In this document: in pieces, positions 48,185-57,068 of the stretch | Layout: each line of letters starts with the position of its first letter | How positions within the stretch are numbered: the stretch's first letter is position 1 | Source of the DNA: Candidatus Falkowbacteria bacterium RIFOXYD12_FULL_34_57 | Lineage (GTDB): Bacteria; Patescibacteriota; Patescibacteriia; Patescibacteriales; UBA12075 | DNA: 58,380 nucleotides | Reading direction: 5' to 3' | Assembly (NCBI GenBank): GCA_001780285.1 | Contig: MFGN01000003.1 | Coordinates: forward strand, 1 to 58,380 | The notes under the pieces: model-generated | Told to the model about the DNA's origin: nothing | Database searches by the model: none | What the model saw: the letters and a program-made list of their open reading frames with translations, nothing else | Program-made: the position numbers and the translations under genes

Positions 48185-48331
48185 ATGGAAACAATTTTTA
48201 AGATAGTTTTTACCCTGGCAATAATTTTATTTTGCTTTTTCATTATTGGTATTTTTTTATTGATTATTAAATTAATGTTTTTATTCTCTCCGGAGATAAC
48301 TATATTGGGAATAAAATTTATTCCGTCTTAA
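48185..48331 (+). CDS. 48-aa hydrophobic protein (not in ORF track)
   Basis: METIFKIVFTLAIILFCFFIIGIFLLIIKLMFLFSPEITILGIKFIPS; terminator at about 48371-48395. Confidence 0.6.
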   Translation: METIFKIVFTLAIILFCFFIIGIFLLIIKLMFLFSPEITILGIKFIPS

Positions 48332-48513
48332 ATTGTTTTATTATTTTCAAATTGATAATGATCATCAAATAAAACCCTTATTTCAAAGGGTTTTATTTAT
48401 TTAACATAATAGGTTTATTAATCTACATTATGCGAAGTATTATATATTACATTTTGATAGAATTAAATTATCTCCCATTTAAAAACAACAAAACTTCAAC
48501 AGGAAAAAATATA

Positions 48514-48538
48514 AAAGCAGATCATTTTGATCTGCTTT
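48514..48538 (-). terminator. intrinsic terminator
   Basis: AAAGCAGATCA-ttt-TGATCTGCTTT just past the 48547 stop. Confidence 0.7.
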
Positions 48539-48546
48539 ATTTTGAT

Positions 48547-48795
48547 CTATAAAATTTTTACAAGCTGGTATGGAGCTAGGGATATTGGTTCTTGTTCTGT
48601 TTTTTCCCATAAAAAATTATGGATATTAAACCTCAGCTCTACGGCCAATATCTTTGATTTTGTATAAATTTCTATGCAAGCCGGGATTGGTGATTCATTG
48701 TTTTCTATAATTCGAAAATGTTTTTTCGAATTTTCACCATCTTTAAATTGAATTATATCCCCCTCCCTTGTTCTAAAAACTAAATCTTCTCTCAA
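48547..48795 (-). CDS. hypothetical protein (82 aa, TTG start)
   Basis: AAGGAG 6 nt before TTG 48795; terminator follows; the longer track ORF runs through promoter DNA. Confidence 0.6.
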   Translation of the reverse strand: MREDLVFRTREGDIIQFKDGENSKKHFRIIENNESPIPACIEIYTKSKILAVELRFNIHNFLWEKTEQEPISLAPYQLVKIL

Positions 48796-48872
48796 TTCTT
48801 TCTCCTTCTTTGGTTTAAAATTATCTATGCATTCCGCACAATTAAGACTATAATTACACAAAAAATAAATTA

Positions 48873-48912
48873 TGTCAAGACACTTGACAATACTTATAAA
48901 ATATATTAAGAT
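48873..48912 (+). promoter_or_regulatory. back-to-back -35 boxes and plus-strand promoter
   Basis: TGTCAAG-ACA-CTTGACA palindrome; TTGACA-17 bp-TAAGAT. Confidence 0.6.
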
Positions 48913-48976
48913 GAAAGGATGTTTTTGGGATATAAACAATTAAAAATTAAACAAATAAACCAGAAAAGGAGATAAA

Positions 48977-49357
48977 ATGGAGCTTATAGAAAAAGTAATT
49001 GAGTTTTTTAAAAACGCAGAAAAAATTTTTGATGATGAGAGGATAAAGGAAGAAAAAAGAAAATTTATCGTTTTTATTAATGGTTTATTCTTTTTATTAA
49101 CTATTATTTTTGTTGTTGCTGCTGTTTTCTTTGTAGATCCATACCCATTACTTTCCCTTATTTACATTCTTTTTGTTTTTATTATTCTAATCGGTAATAA
49201 TATTTGGATGAGTATTAAACTATTACTCTGCTTCCCCTATACCGGTCCCATTACAACTTACATATTCCTTAAAATGTCCTGGAACACTATAAAAAAATGG
49301 CCCAAAAAAATATGGTACGGAGATAAAAACAATGAACAAGAAAAACAGGAGAAATAA
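48977..49357 (+). CDS. hypothetical membrane protein
   Basis: AAGGAG SD, 2-3 TM segments. Confidence 0.7.
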   Translation: MELIEKVIEFFKNAEKIFDDERIKEEKRKFIVFINGLFFLLTIIFVVAAVFFVDPYPLLSLIYILFVFIILIGNNIWMSIKLLLCFPYTGPITTYIFLKMSWNTIKKWPKKIWYGDKNNEQEKQEK

Positions 49358-49360
49358 ATA

Positions 49361-49468
49361 ATGAAAAAAATAAATAGAAGAAATTGGTTTAGAAATTTTA
49401 TTTTATACCTTTTTGGCGCATTCTTTGAGGGGTGGGAAGAAGGATCCAAACCCAAAAATAAAAAATAA
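49361..49468 (+). CDS. 35-aa putative small protein (not in ORF track)
   Basis: AGGAGA SD; MKKINRRNWFRNFILYLFGAFFEGWEEGSKPKNKK; ends at the terminator. Confidence 0.45.
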   Translation: MKKINRRNWFRNFILYLFGAFFEGWEEGSKPKNKK

Positions 49469-49470
49469 TC

Positions 49471-49503
49471 AAAAACCTGTTATTACAAGATAACAGGTTT
49501 TTT
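49471..49503. terminator. bidirectional terminator
   Basis: AAAAACCTGTTAT...ATAACAGGTTTTT between convergent genes. Confidence 0.75.
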
Positions 49504-49520
49504 AAATTACTTTTATTTTA

Positions 49521-50978
49521 TTATTTTACCCAAAATTCTTCTTTCATTTTCTGGTCGTCCTCAGCCCTTTCTCTGGCAATTATTTCCTTTGCTTTTTGGC
49601 GTAAATCATCAGCGTTCAAATCATTCAATTCTCTACTCCTGTTTTCCAAATATTCTTTAGTGTTTAACTTAGGGTCTTCAATTACTTCAGATAACAACAC
49701 ATCCAGAATAGTGCCGATTTTTGGACTCGGTACAATATTTAATAATTTCATTAAGTCTTCGCCGTTAATTTTCAGCATTTTTACGGAAATAGGGTCGCTT
49801 TGTACTTTTTTCATCATATATTCCAAGTGGCGAAGCTTGTATGGCTTGCCTTTGGGCGTACCGGAGCCAAGCCTGTCGGCAATGCGTATATCTATTAAGT
49901 CCTTTAAATTCCCCTCCCCTACTTTTACCACCAAACGGCGCACAGAGCTTGCTGTGACCTCATCAGCATCATAATAAAACATGTGATTGCGCACTAAATT
50001 GGTTACTTTTTCCATATCCTCTTTGGAAAACTTTAACCTGGTCATTATTTTTCTAGTCATTCTTTCGCCAATGTATTCATGGTTATAAAAAGTGGTCTGA
50101 CCTTTGATTATTTTACGCGCCTTTACTTTCCCAATATCATGAAGCAGCGAAGCTAATTTTACGCGCCAATCTTTACTGGGGCAATTTTTTAATGATAAAA
50201 TATTGTGTTTAAAAACAGAATAAATATGATGATGATTCTGAGGAACACCTCTCCCCTGCTCTAATTCAGGGATAATATATTGTAATAATTTTAGTTCATG
50301 AAGCTTCATAATACCTTCATAAGCACGGTCTGTTTTTAGTATTTTTACCAATTCATCATGAATGCGTTCATTGGCGATAAAGCGGATACTACCCGCCATT
50401 TTCAGGATTCCCCGCTCGGTTTTTGGTTCAATGGAAAATCCCAGCTGACAGGAAAAACGAACTGCGCGCATCATTCGCAGAGCGTCCTCCCTGAATCTGT
50501 CAATCGGCTCCCCAACTGCTCGAATAATTTTTAATTTTATATCCTTCTGTCCGCCAAACAAATCAATAATATCCCAATCTTTGATTTTTGGCTCAATAAC
50601 CTTAGTCATCGCCATCGCATTGATAGTAAAATCTCTTCGCTCCAGATCCTTATCAAGCTCTGTTTCAAACTGAATATCATCCGGATGCCGGCGGTCGCTA
50701 TAAGCGCCCTCCGACCTGTAAGTGGTTGCTTCTATTACATGTTCTGTTTCATTTTTCTTATTTTTAATTTTTATTAATACAGTACCAAATTCATTTTCAT
50801 ATTTGCTGTCCGAAAAAATTTTAAGCATTTTTTCGGGTCTAGCGTTTGTAGTCATATCCCAGTCCCCCGGCTCCTTTCCCATTAACAAATCACGCACGCA
50901 TCCGCCCACAAGGTAAGCCTCAAAACTATTTTGCTTAAAAGTTTTTATTATCTTTTCAATAAAATTCGGTATTTTCAT
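49521..50978 (-). CDS. cca: CCA-adding tRNA nucleotidyltransferase with HD domain
   Basis: VGGCVRD, DWD, DLERRDFTINA, EDALRMMR, LLHDIGK. Confidence 0.92.
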   Translation of the reverse strand: MKIPNFIEKIIKTFKQNSFEAYLVGGCVRDLLMGKEPGDWDMTTNARPEKMLKIFSDSKYENEFGTVLIKIKNKKNETEHVIEATTYRSEGAYSDRRHPDDIQFETELDKDLERRDFTINAMAMTKVIEPKIKDWDIIDLFGGQKDIKLKIIRAVGEPIDRFREDALRMMRAVRFSCQLGFSIEPKTERGILKMAGSIRFIANERIHDELVKILKTDRAYEGIMKLHELKLLQYIIPELEQGRGVPQNHHHIYSVFKHNILSLKNCPSKDWRVKLASLLHDIGKVKARKIIKGQTTFYNHEYIGERMTRKIMTRLKFSKEDMEKVTNLVRNHMFYYDADEVTASSVRRLVVKVGEGNLKDLIDIRIADRLGSGTPKGKPYKLRHLEYMMKKVQSDPISVKMLKINGEDLMKLLNIVPSPKIGTILDVLLSEVIEDPKLNTKEYLENRSRELNDLNADDLRQKAKEIIARERAEDDQKMKEEFWVK

Positions 50979-51096
50979 AGCATTTAACATAAAAACCAAT
51001 TATTAATTGGCTTTTTGTATCTTAACTATATAATAAAATGTTACTTTTGTCAAAAAAAATTTTAAGAAGTTAATATTTGTGTTATAATCTAATCAT

Positions 51097-51594
51097 ATGC
51101 AAACACCAAAAAGAAAATTGGGAAAATATTCCCATTTAAAGCCAGATCCACTTCTTACGGCAGGAAAAATCATAGAGCTTCAAAATAAGCTAAAAAAAAT
51201 GAAAAAAGCGCAGCCGGGGTTAATTTTAGAAGTAAAAAGATTAGCTCTGGATGGAGATTTCTCTGAAAATGCAGCTTATCAAATAGCCAAAGGGCGCCTT
51301 CGGGGATTGAATCAAGGAATGCTGGATATTGAGAATCATTTAAAATCAGCTATTGTTATCGCGCCGCAAAAAAATAATACAAAAGTTCAGATTGGTAGTA
51401 CGGTTGAAGTGGAAACAGGAAAAAAACAAAAAACATTTACCATTCTAGGATCCTCTGAAACAAATCCACTTAAGGGAATTATATCTTATAACTCACCAAT
51501 TGGGTCAGCTCTTCTCAATAAAATGGCCGGTGACATAGTAAGAATAGAACTTAAAGAAAGACAAATTGAATATAAAATAATAAAAATATACTAA
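51097..51594 (+). CDS. GreA/GreB family factor, second paralog
   Basis: GDFSENAAY, ISYNSPIGSAL. Confidence 0.88.
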   Translation: MQTPKRKLGKYSHLKPDPLLTAGKIIELQNKLKKMKKAQPGLILEVKRLALDGDFSENAAYQIAKGRLRGLNQGMLDIENHLKSAIVIAPQKNNTKVQIGSTVEVETGKKQKTFTILGSSETNPLKGIISYNSPIGSALLNKMAGDIVRIELKERQIEYKIIKIY

Positions 51595-51606
51595 ATTCAA
51601 AAATAA

Positions 51607-51642
51607 AAACCGCTTCAAAAATTTATAATGAAGCGGTTTTTC
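51607..51642. terminator. bidirectional terminator
   Basis: AAAACCGCTTCA...TGAAGCGGTTTT. Confidence 0.75.
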
Positions 51643-51689
51643 AATCCGCGAAGAATTGGTCCTTAGAGAAAGGATCTTCTTGGTTCATG

Positions 51690-51968
51690 TTAGTATTGTT
51701 TGGCTATGTTTCCGTTAGCCTCGCTTGCTTCTTCATGTTTTTGAAAAAGATAAACGCTTATAATAGTTCCCGAAGCGCAACCAATAGCATAAATAACGGC
51801 AATGCGCCAATTATCTATATCAGTAACTATTCGCTGTAAAACATAGTACCAAATAAGTACATTAACCATAGTAACACCGCCAGAAGCCAAGACCTGAGTC
51901 TTTGTTACAAGCTTTGTCCAGGCAGTTACTATTACCATTTCTATTATGCCGATAAAAAATAGTGCCAT
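51690..51968 (-). CDS. small 3-TM protein (DUF5698-like)
   Basis: Hydrophobic 92 aa, YAIGCASGT motif. Confidence 0.7.
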   Translation of the reverse strand: MALFFIGIIEMVIVTAWTKLVTKTQVLASGGVTMVNVLIWYYVLQRIVTDIDNWRIAVIYAIGCASGTIISVYLFQKHEEASEANGNIAKQY

Positions 51969-52162
51969 ATGGTTAAAACATCTTATTAAATAATTTTTAT
52001 TAAAGTTCGACCTTTTTTAATACCTCAAAATAAAAAACGCCCCTAATCAATAAAGATAGATACGCCCTGAGTGAGATATATATATAATATAATATTCATG
52101 AAAAATCGTCAACTTAAAAAGTCAAAAAACAAAAAAATATCACTAATATTAAATAAAAAATA

Positions 52163-52190
52163 AAAGGTGTTTACTTTAGTAAACACCTGT
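52163..52190 (-). terminator. intrinsic terminator
   Basis: AGGTGTTTACT-tt-AGTAAACACCT. Confidence 0.7.
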
Positions 52191-52201
52191 ATTATTTTTA
52201 A

Positions 52202-52852
52202 TTATTTTACCTCAAGTGGTCCCATTTCCCCGCTTTTAAAGGCATCTTTGGTCTTTCCCGAGATAACGATTTTATACATTTGTTCGCGAGCTTCTTTTCC
52301 GCGATAAACAGTATCGCCAATCCGTGCCTCAAGGCGGTCAGTTGGAACACCCAAAACTTTTTCAATAATCAGGCTTTGAACAATTCCATCCTGGCGCCAG
52401 GCATCATATGCCTGAAGTTGGGATAAAAGCTTGGTTTGAAAATTTTTAAACTCTGCGCGTTTTGCTTTTACATAATCTATAATTTTATCATAGACATCAA
52501 GTCCGGCTAAATCAGGGTAAGCTTCTTTAACAGCTGCAAAAAATGCGCCGTTCGCAGAAAATCCGTCTTCACCATAACGACCCGTAACTGCATCTTTTAG
52601 AATCTGATCCATTTTTTCGCTTTTCAAATTAGCAACTCCGACTTGTTCATAAAAACCGTTTACAAATTCGGAAAGCATATTCTGATTATCCAAATATTGT
52701 ACGGGCAAACTTGTTTCGAATTGGATTGATGTACTTCTCAGGCTATTGATTTTGGCATAGATGCCGACACCCAAAAGCAACATTCCTCCAAAAATTACGC
52801 CAAGGACGATTAAAACAACTTTTGCGCTTCCGTTTTCATTGTTAAAATTCAT
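52202..52852 (-). CDS. LemA-like membrane-anchored helical protein
   Basis: N-terminal TM, helical body, AVKEAYPDL motif reminiscent of LemA ExYPdL; AGGAG SD. Confidence 0.6.
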   Translation of the reverse strand: MNFNNENGSAKVVLIVLGVIFGGMLLLGVGIYAKINSLRSTSIQFETSLPVQYLDNQNMLSEFVNGFYEQVGVANLKSEKMDQILKDAVTGRYGEDGFSANGAFFAAVKEAYPDLAGLDVYDKIIDYVKAKRAEFKNFQTKLLSQLQAYDAWRQDGIVQSLIIEKVLGVPTDRLEARIGDTVYRGKEAREQMYKIVISGKTKDAFKSGEMGPLEVK

Positions 52853-52923
52853 GCTTTTTTCTCCTGTTTTTTTGCTCTGCGTTATTGTTTATAAATTTAC
52901 GGCCGCGTATTTGCAAGCCGAGA

Positions 52924-54294
52924 CTACCTTCTGTCTCCAATAATAACGGCCGCTATCCAGCCCATACTGCAAAAAAGAAATGTACCAATATATATAAATA
53001 TTCTCTGCCCAGATGTTGGCTGAATTTGCTGCACAAGATAAAAAAAACCTCGTCCATTATCATCTTTATCTTTGGCCGACATGCTTACTCTCTTAAACTT
53101 GGTTGAGGGATCGATTAGTCCAAAAACTATTTTTTCAATTACCCCATCGCTATGAATACTTTCCACCTTTCCATTTTTAAGTTTTCCAATTGTTTTACCA
53201 ATCAATGTTTCCGAGTTGAGATTAATTCCCCGCAGGCCATTATCCAGGGCAACCAGCATGGATTCATTTCCAAGCGGCATGCCGGTAAAAGATCTGGCCC
53301 AGATAATTTTTTCTCCGTCGGTTGTACATATGATTACAACCGCATTTTTACTAAGAACATCTTTACCATGCCTTTTTTTATCCTGCCAATAAGCTTTAAG
53401 CGCTAATGCGTATCTATCAGGATCAGAAGAAATGTATTCATTTTTTACAATTACCAAATGCATATCTCCTTGCAGATTTGTGCCAAAAGCAGCATCAAAA
53501 TAAGACATAGCATCAAACCATTCTTTTTGATTATCAGGATTAAACCCCACAAAGTAAACCTTGTTTGCGTAATAAAAGTTATAAATATTTTTTTGGAATA
53601 TAGGAAATAATCCTTTTTTTTCATAGTCATCTATATCAGCCGAAAAACTTTTCAAAAGCGATTGTTCGCTGGCATAGATATAATTATCATACTCCATTCT
53701 TTTTGTAACCGGTCCGGGGTTTCCAGAATCAATGCGTTTTTTAGCTTCTTGCCAGAACACAGGATCGCCAACACCCGCTCTTTCAATTATGTAATCCGGA
53801 ATCCGTTCACCGCTTCGCCACCTGTGAGATTGCGGATTATCCGGAAACCTGTTGCTGTCAATCGTATAAGTACCGATTGTGGTTTTTATATAGTAACTAT
53901 TTTCCTGGGTTACATAAGGACAATCATGATATTCTGTTCTGTAGCATGTACTACAATTTCCCTTGTCGTCACAATTACATGGATATGAAACTAAATAAGG
54001 GTCGCAATCATATTCCCATCGACATGGTCCATCGCGATAACAATCAATAATTTCTTTTTGAGTTTTAAGTTCCCAACCGCCCCAATATTCATTAAAGGTA
54101 ATTAAGTTTTTTTTAGCTATTTCCCAACCGACATAAACTGACCCGGGTGCAGCCAAAAAAGCAATAACAACCATTACGATTCCGTACTCTTTCCAGGTAA
54201 TCTCTTTTTGAGTATTCTTTTTATCAAGAATAAATTTTGCAACCAAACCTGTAAAGGCGGCAATCAATACTGAAATAAAAATAGTAATATGCAT
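52924..54294 (-). CDS. membrane protein with Cys-rich loop and TPM-like domain
   Basis: 2 N-terminal TMs, 8-Cys cluster, LVIV...AYWQ...GKD...KNAVVII, C-terminal TM. Confidence 0.65.
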   Translation of the reverse strand: MHITIFISVLIAAFTGLVAKFILDKKNTQKEITWKEYGIVMVVIAFLAAPGSVYVGWEIAKKNLITFNEYWGGWELKTQKEIIDCYRDGPCRWEYDCDPYLVSYPCNCDDKGNCSTCYRTEYHDCPYVTQENSYYIKTTIGTYTIDSNRFPDNPQSHRWRSGERIPDYIIERAGVGDPVFWQEAKKRIDSGNPGPVTKRMEYDNYIYASEQSLLKSFSADIDDYEKKGLFPIFQKNIYNFYYANKVYFVGFNPDNQKEWFDAMSYFDAAFGTNLQGDMHLVIVKNEYISSDPDRYALALKAYWQDKKRHGKDVLSKNAVVIICTTDGEKIIWARSFTGMPLGNESMLVALDNGLRGINLNSETLIGKTIGKLKNGKVESIHSDGVIEKIVFGLIDPSTKFKRVSMSAKDKDDNGRGFFYLVQQIQPTSGQRIFIYIGTFLFCSMGWIAAVIIGDRR

Positions 54295-54362
54295 CCCTGT
54301 CTCCCCTTCTTAAATGTTCTTATTTTATTCTCTAAATTTACAAAGAACTAATAAAACATTAT

Positions 54363-54391
54363 ACTTTATCATACTTTAACTATTTTGTCAA
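54363..54391 (-). promoter_or_regulatory. sigma70 promoter
   Basis: TTGACA-17 bp-TAAAGT on the minus strand. Confidence 0.55.
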
Positions 54392-54535
54392 ATATTTAGG
54401 GGGGTATTTTATTTGATTTAAATAAAACAAAAAACCTGTAAAAAACAGGATTTTTAAAAAATAATCTATATTAATTATTAATAAATTTACACCCTGAGAC
54501 TAGATTTATTTTTTCTATGCTCTGATTTTATAAAT

Positions 54536-57007
54536 TTAACTAGCCCTGGTTTGTAAATGATGATAGGGTGGATTTTTTTTGTATCTTTCAATTGCCAATC
54601 TGATTATTTCTTCTAATAAATTAGCATAATTCATTCCGGAAAACTTAGCGGCTTGTGGTCCAAAATTTTGAGCACCAAGCCGCGGATTAGTATTTAGTTC
54701 GAGGATATAGGGATTATTATTTTTGTCTATTTTTATCTCTACCGCCCCGTAATCATGACAATCCAAAATATTGTAGGTATCTATTGCAATTTCTGTAATT
54801 AAACTCATTAATTTACTGCTCATTTTAACTGGTGGAATTTGGGTAATTATTTTTTCTTGATATATTTTATCGCGTCCAAGCTTGGATTTCATTGTTTTTA
54901 TATGCCAATAATTTTCCGGGAGGTTGGAAAATATAGTTCTGCTTAGTGGCAAGACCTTAAAATTTTTTTCATCGTTACCCATAATAAAGGCGTCATATTC
55001 GTCACCATCGACATATTCTTCAATTAAAACAGGGCTGCCCAAATCTTTTATTATATATTTTATTCGTTTATCCAACTCTTTACGATTTTTAACAATTGAA
55101 TCATTAGTAATACCGACCGAATTATCAGTGTTGGCTGGTTTTACAATCATAGGAAACTTTAAACTTGAATCAACTTCGTCATCAAGACTATACACATAAT
55201 CCCAGGCCGGTGTTGGTATATTGTGAAAACTAAGCAATTTTTTAAATTTAATTTTATCCTGGCAGAGAGCTAGGGTAATTGGATTTGAACCGGTGTAGGG
55301 AATTTGTAAAATATCAAAAGCACTAGCGGCGTGAGGCTTTAGAAGGCTGGAATCATTGATTCGCTCACAAATGTTAAACACTAAATCAACTCTGCTTTTA
55401 TTTAAATCATTTATAGCTTTTTGTGGAAAATTAAAATCAAACAAAGAGACCTTATATCCAACTTCTGTTAAAATTTTCGCAATATTTTTTCCAATTTCTA
55501 TTTGTTCATTGGTGTTATTGCTACTATTATCCAGCGAGTAATCATTGCCAACGATCCCAATATGAAGTTTTCGTTGTTGTGCCAAGGGGATTGATCTTAT
55601 TTTTTCTATTCTTTCTTTGCCGATAAATTTTTTATTAACCGAAAAAACGGCATTTTTATTTTTTTCCTGCCTGATTGTCTTGCCCATAGACGATGATTCA
55701 TCAAATTTAACCACGCTATAATTTATTTTCTTCAATACCCGCTTTAGTTTATCGCTAGCATCAACCGGATTGGGACCACTAACAGACAACCAACCCATAT
55801 ACTCATAACCAAATGGCGGTGCCAGTACACTGTCTCCAACTTTTTTGTAAATCACTAAATTCTCTAAATATTTATTATTTTTAATTTCATTGTCGATTTC
55901 AATTTTGGAAACCACGCCCGAATATGGTGCGTGCATCGTTTCTCCGGCAAAATATTTTCTGGGGTATTTGTTTTTATCTACTTTTTTTAAATGAACCCTG
56001 GTTGCAATTTTCATAGCCCCCTCAATTAAATCCACACCCCAGGCCTCTTTTGCAAAATAATAAGCCTCATCCCCACCCATACGCAAATTGATTTCCAGGG
56101 GCATTGGTCCTCTTTTTGTCGACTTGGCCTCAAACTGAAGACAGCCGTTCTGTATATTTAAAACTTCTAAAATTTCATCGGCCATGTCAATCAAGTCCTT
56201 TTTTTGTGAATCTAGCAATGCGGAGGGTTCAGTCATGCCGGTTTCAATAAAAAATGGTTCATCGGTTTGATGGTTATCAGTAATATTATAAAATTTTATT
56301 CGGCCATTTTGAACTAAAATGTTGATATCAACCTCATCTCCATCAATATATTCTTCAGCCAACAAGGTTGAAATTGAACCAAGAGAACTATCTATTTTTT
56401 TAGAAATATTCTTTCTGATATAGTCATAAGTATCTTGTAGGGCGACATGGTTATTAACTTTTATTACAAAAGCGCTGGCTGCTCCATAAATCGGCTTTAA
56501 AACAATGGGGAATTCCAACTTTTCCCGAACATGAATCAAATCAGCTCGGTTGTTTATTTTAAAATATTTTGGCGTAGGAAGATTATTTTTTGCACAAAAT
56601 TCACGAAATCTATATTTGTTTCTAGCCAAATCAGCCACCTTGAAAGGTATACCAGCCAACTTCAATCGTTCGGTTACTTTAGCTGTAAGCAATACCGTAT
56701 CCTCGTGAAAAGTTACCGCCCCATCAATTTTTATTTCAGGATGATTAGAAATAAATTCTTCAATTACTCTAATAGTCTTATCATGTTCAAATAATTCTGA
56801 GAGAATCCAATGCTTAATACATTTTTGTCTTATATTTATTTCTTTACTTACCGCAATTACATTAATCCCCATTTCTCCGATTCGCTTTAAAATAAATTTA
56901 AAATCTTCGGTTCCCGTGCTGCTGGATGAACCGGTATTTAAAAATAAAATTGTTTTGTCTCGCAATGAATTTTCTATTGAATTATTAAAAATATTCTTTT
57001 TATTCAT
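54536..57007 (-). CDS. tandem ATP-grasp protein (L-amino-acid-ligase-like plus Ddl-like)
   Basis: First: RNKY.FRE, FPIVLKP, EEYIDG, EINLRMGG. Second: IPYTGS, QDK, FPMIVKP..DNSVGI, EEYVDG, ELNTNP. Confidence 0.85.
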   Translation of the reverse strand: MNKKNIFNNSIENSLRDKTILFLNTGSSSSTGTEDFKFILKRIGEMGINVIAVSKEINIRQKCIKHWILSELFEHDKTIRVIEEFISNHPEIKIDGAVTFHEDTVLLTAKVTERLKLAGIPFKVADLARNKYRFREFCAKNNLPTPKYFKINNRADLIHVREKLEFPIVLKPIYGAASAFVIKVNNHVALQDTYDYIRKNISKKIDSSLGSISTLLAEEYIDGDEVDINILVQNGRIKFYNITDNHQTDEPFFIETGMTEPSALLDSQKKDLIDMADEILEVLNIQNGCLQFEAKSTKRGPMPLEINLRMGGDEAYYFAKEAWGVDLIEGAMKIATRVHLKKVDKNKYPRKYFAGETMHAPYSGVVSKIEIDNEIKNNKYLENLVIYKKVGDSVLAPPFGYEYMGWLSVSGPNPVDASDKLKRVLKKINYSVVKFDESSSMGKTIRQEKNKNAVFSVNKKFIGKERIEKIRSIPLAQQRKLHIGIVGNDYSLDNSSNNTNEQIEIGKNIAKILTEVGYKVSLFDFNFPQKAINDLNKSRVDLVFNICERINDSSLLKPHAASAFDILQIPYTGSNPITLALCQDKIKFKKLLSFHNIPTPAWDYVYSLDDEVDSSLKFPMIVKPANTDNSVGITNDSIVKNRKELDKRIKYIIKDLGSPVLIEEYVDGDEYDAFIMGNDEKNFKVLPLSRTIFSNLPENYWHIKTMKSKLGRDKIYQEKIITQIPPVKMSSKLMSLITEIAIDTYNILDCHDYGAVEIKIDKNNNPYILELNTNPRLGAQNFGPQAAKFSGMNYANLLEEIIRLAIERYKKNPPYHHLQTRAS

Positions 57008-57068
57008 ATTAGATATTTTTTTTATAAATTACATGAATTTTCTCATCTTTAAATAATTTTTATGAACT

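Noticed and set aside
49361-49400. Twin-arginine-like NRRNWF in the 35-aa ORF
   Set aside because: No passenger domain follows and the hydrophobic stretch is short.
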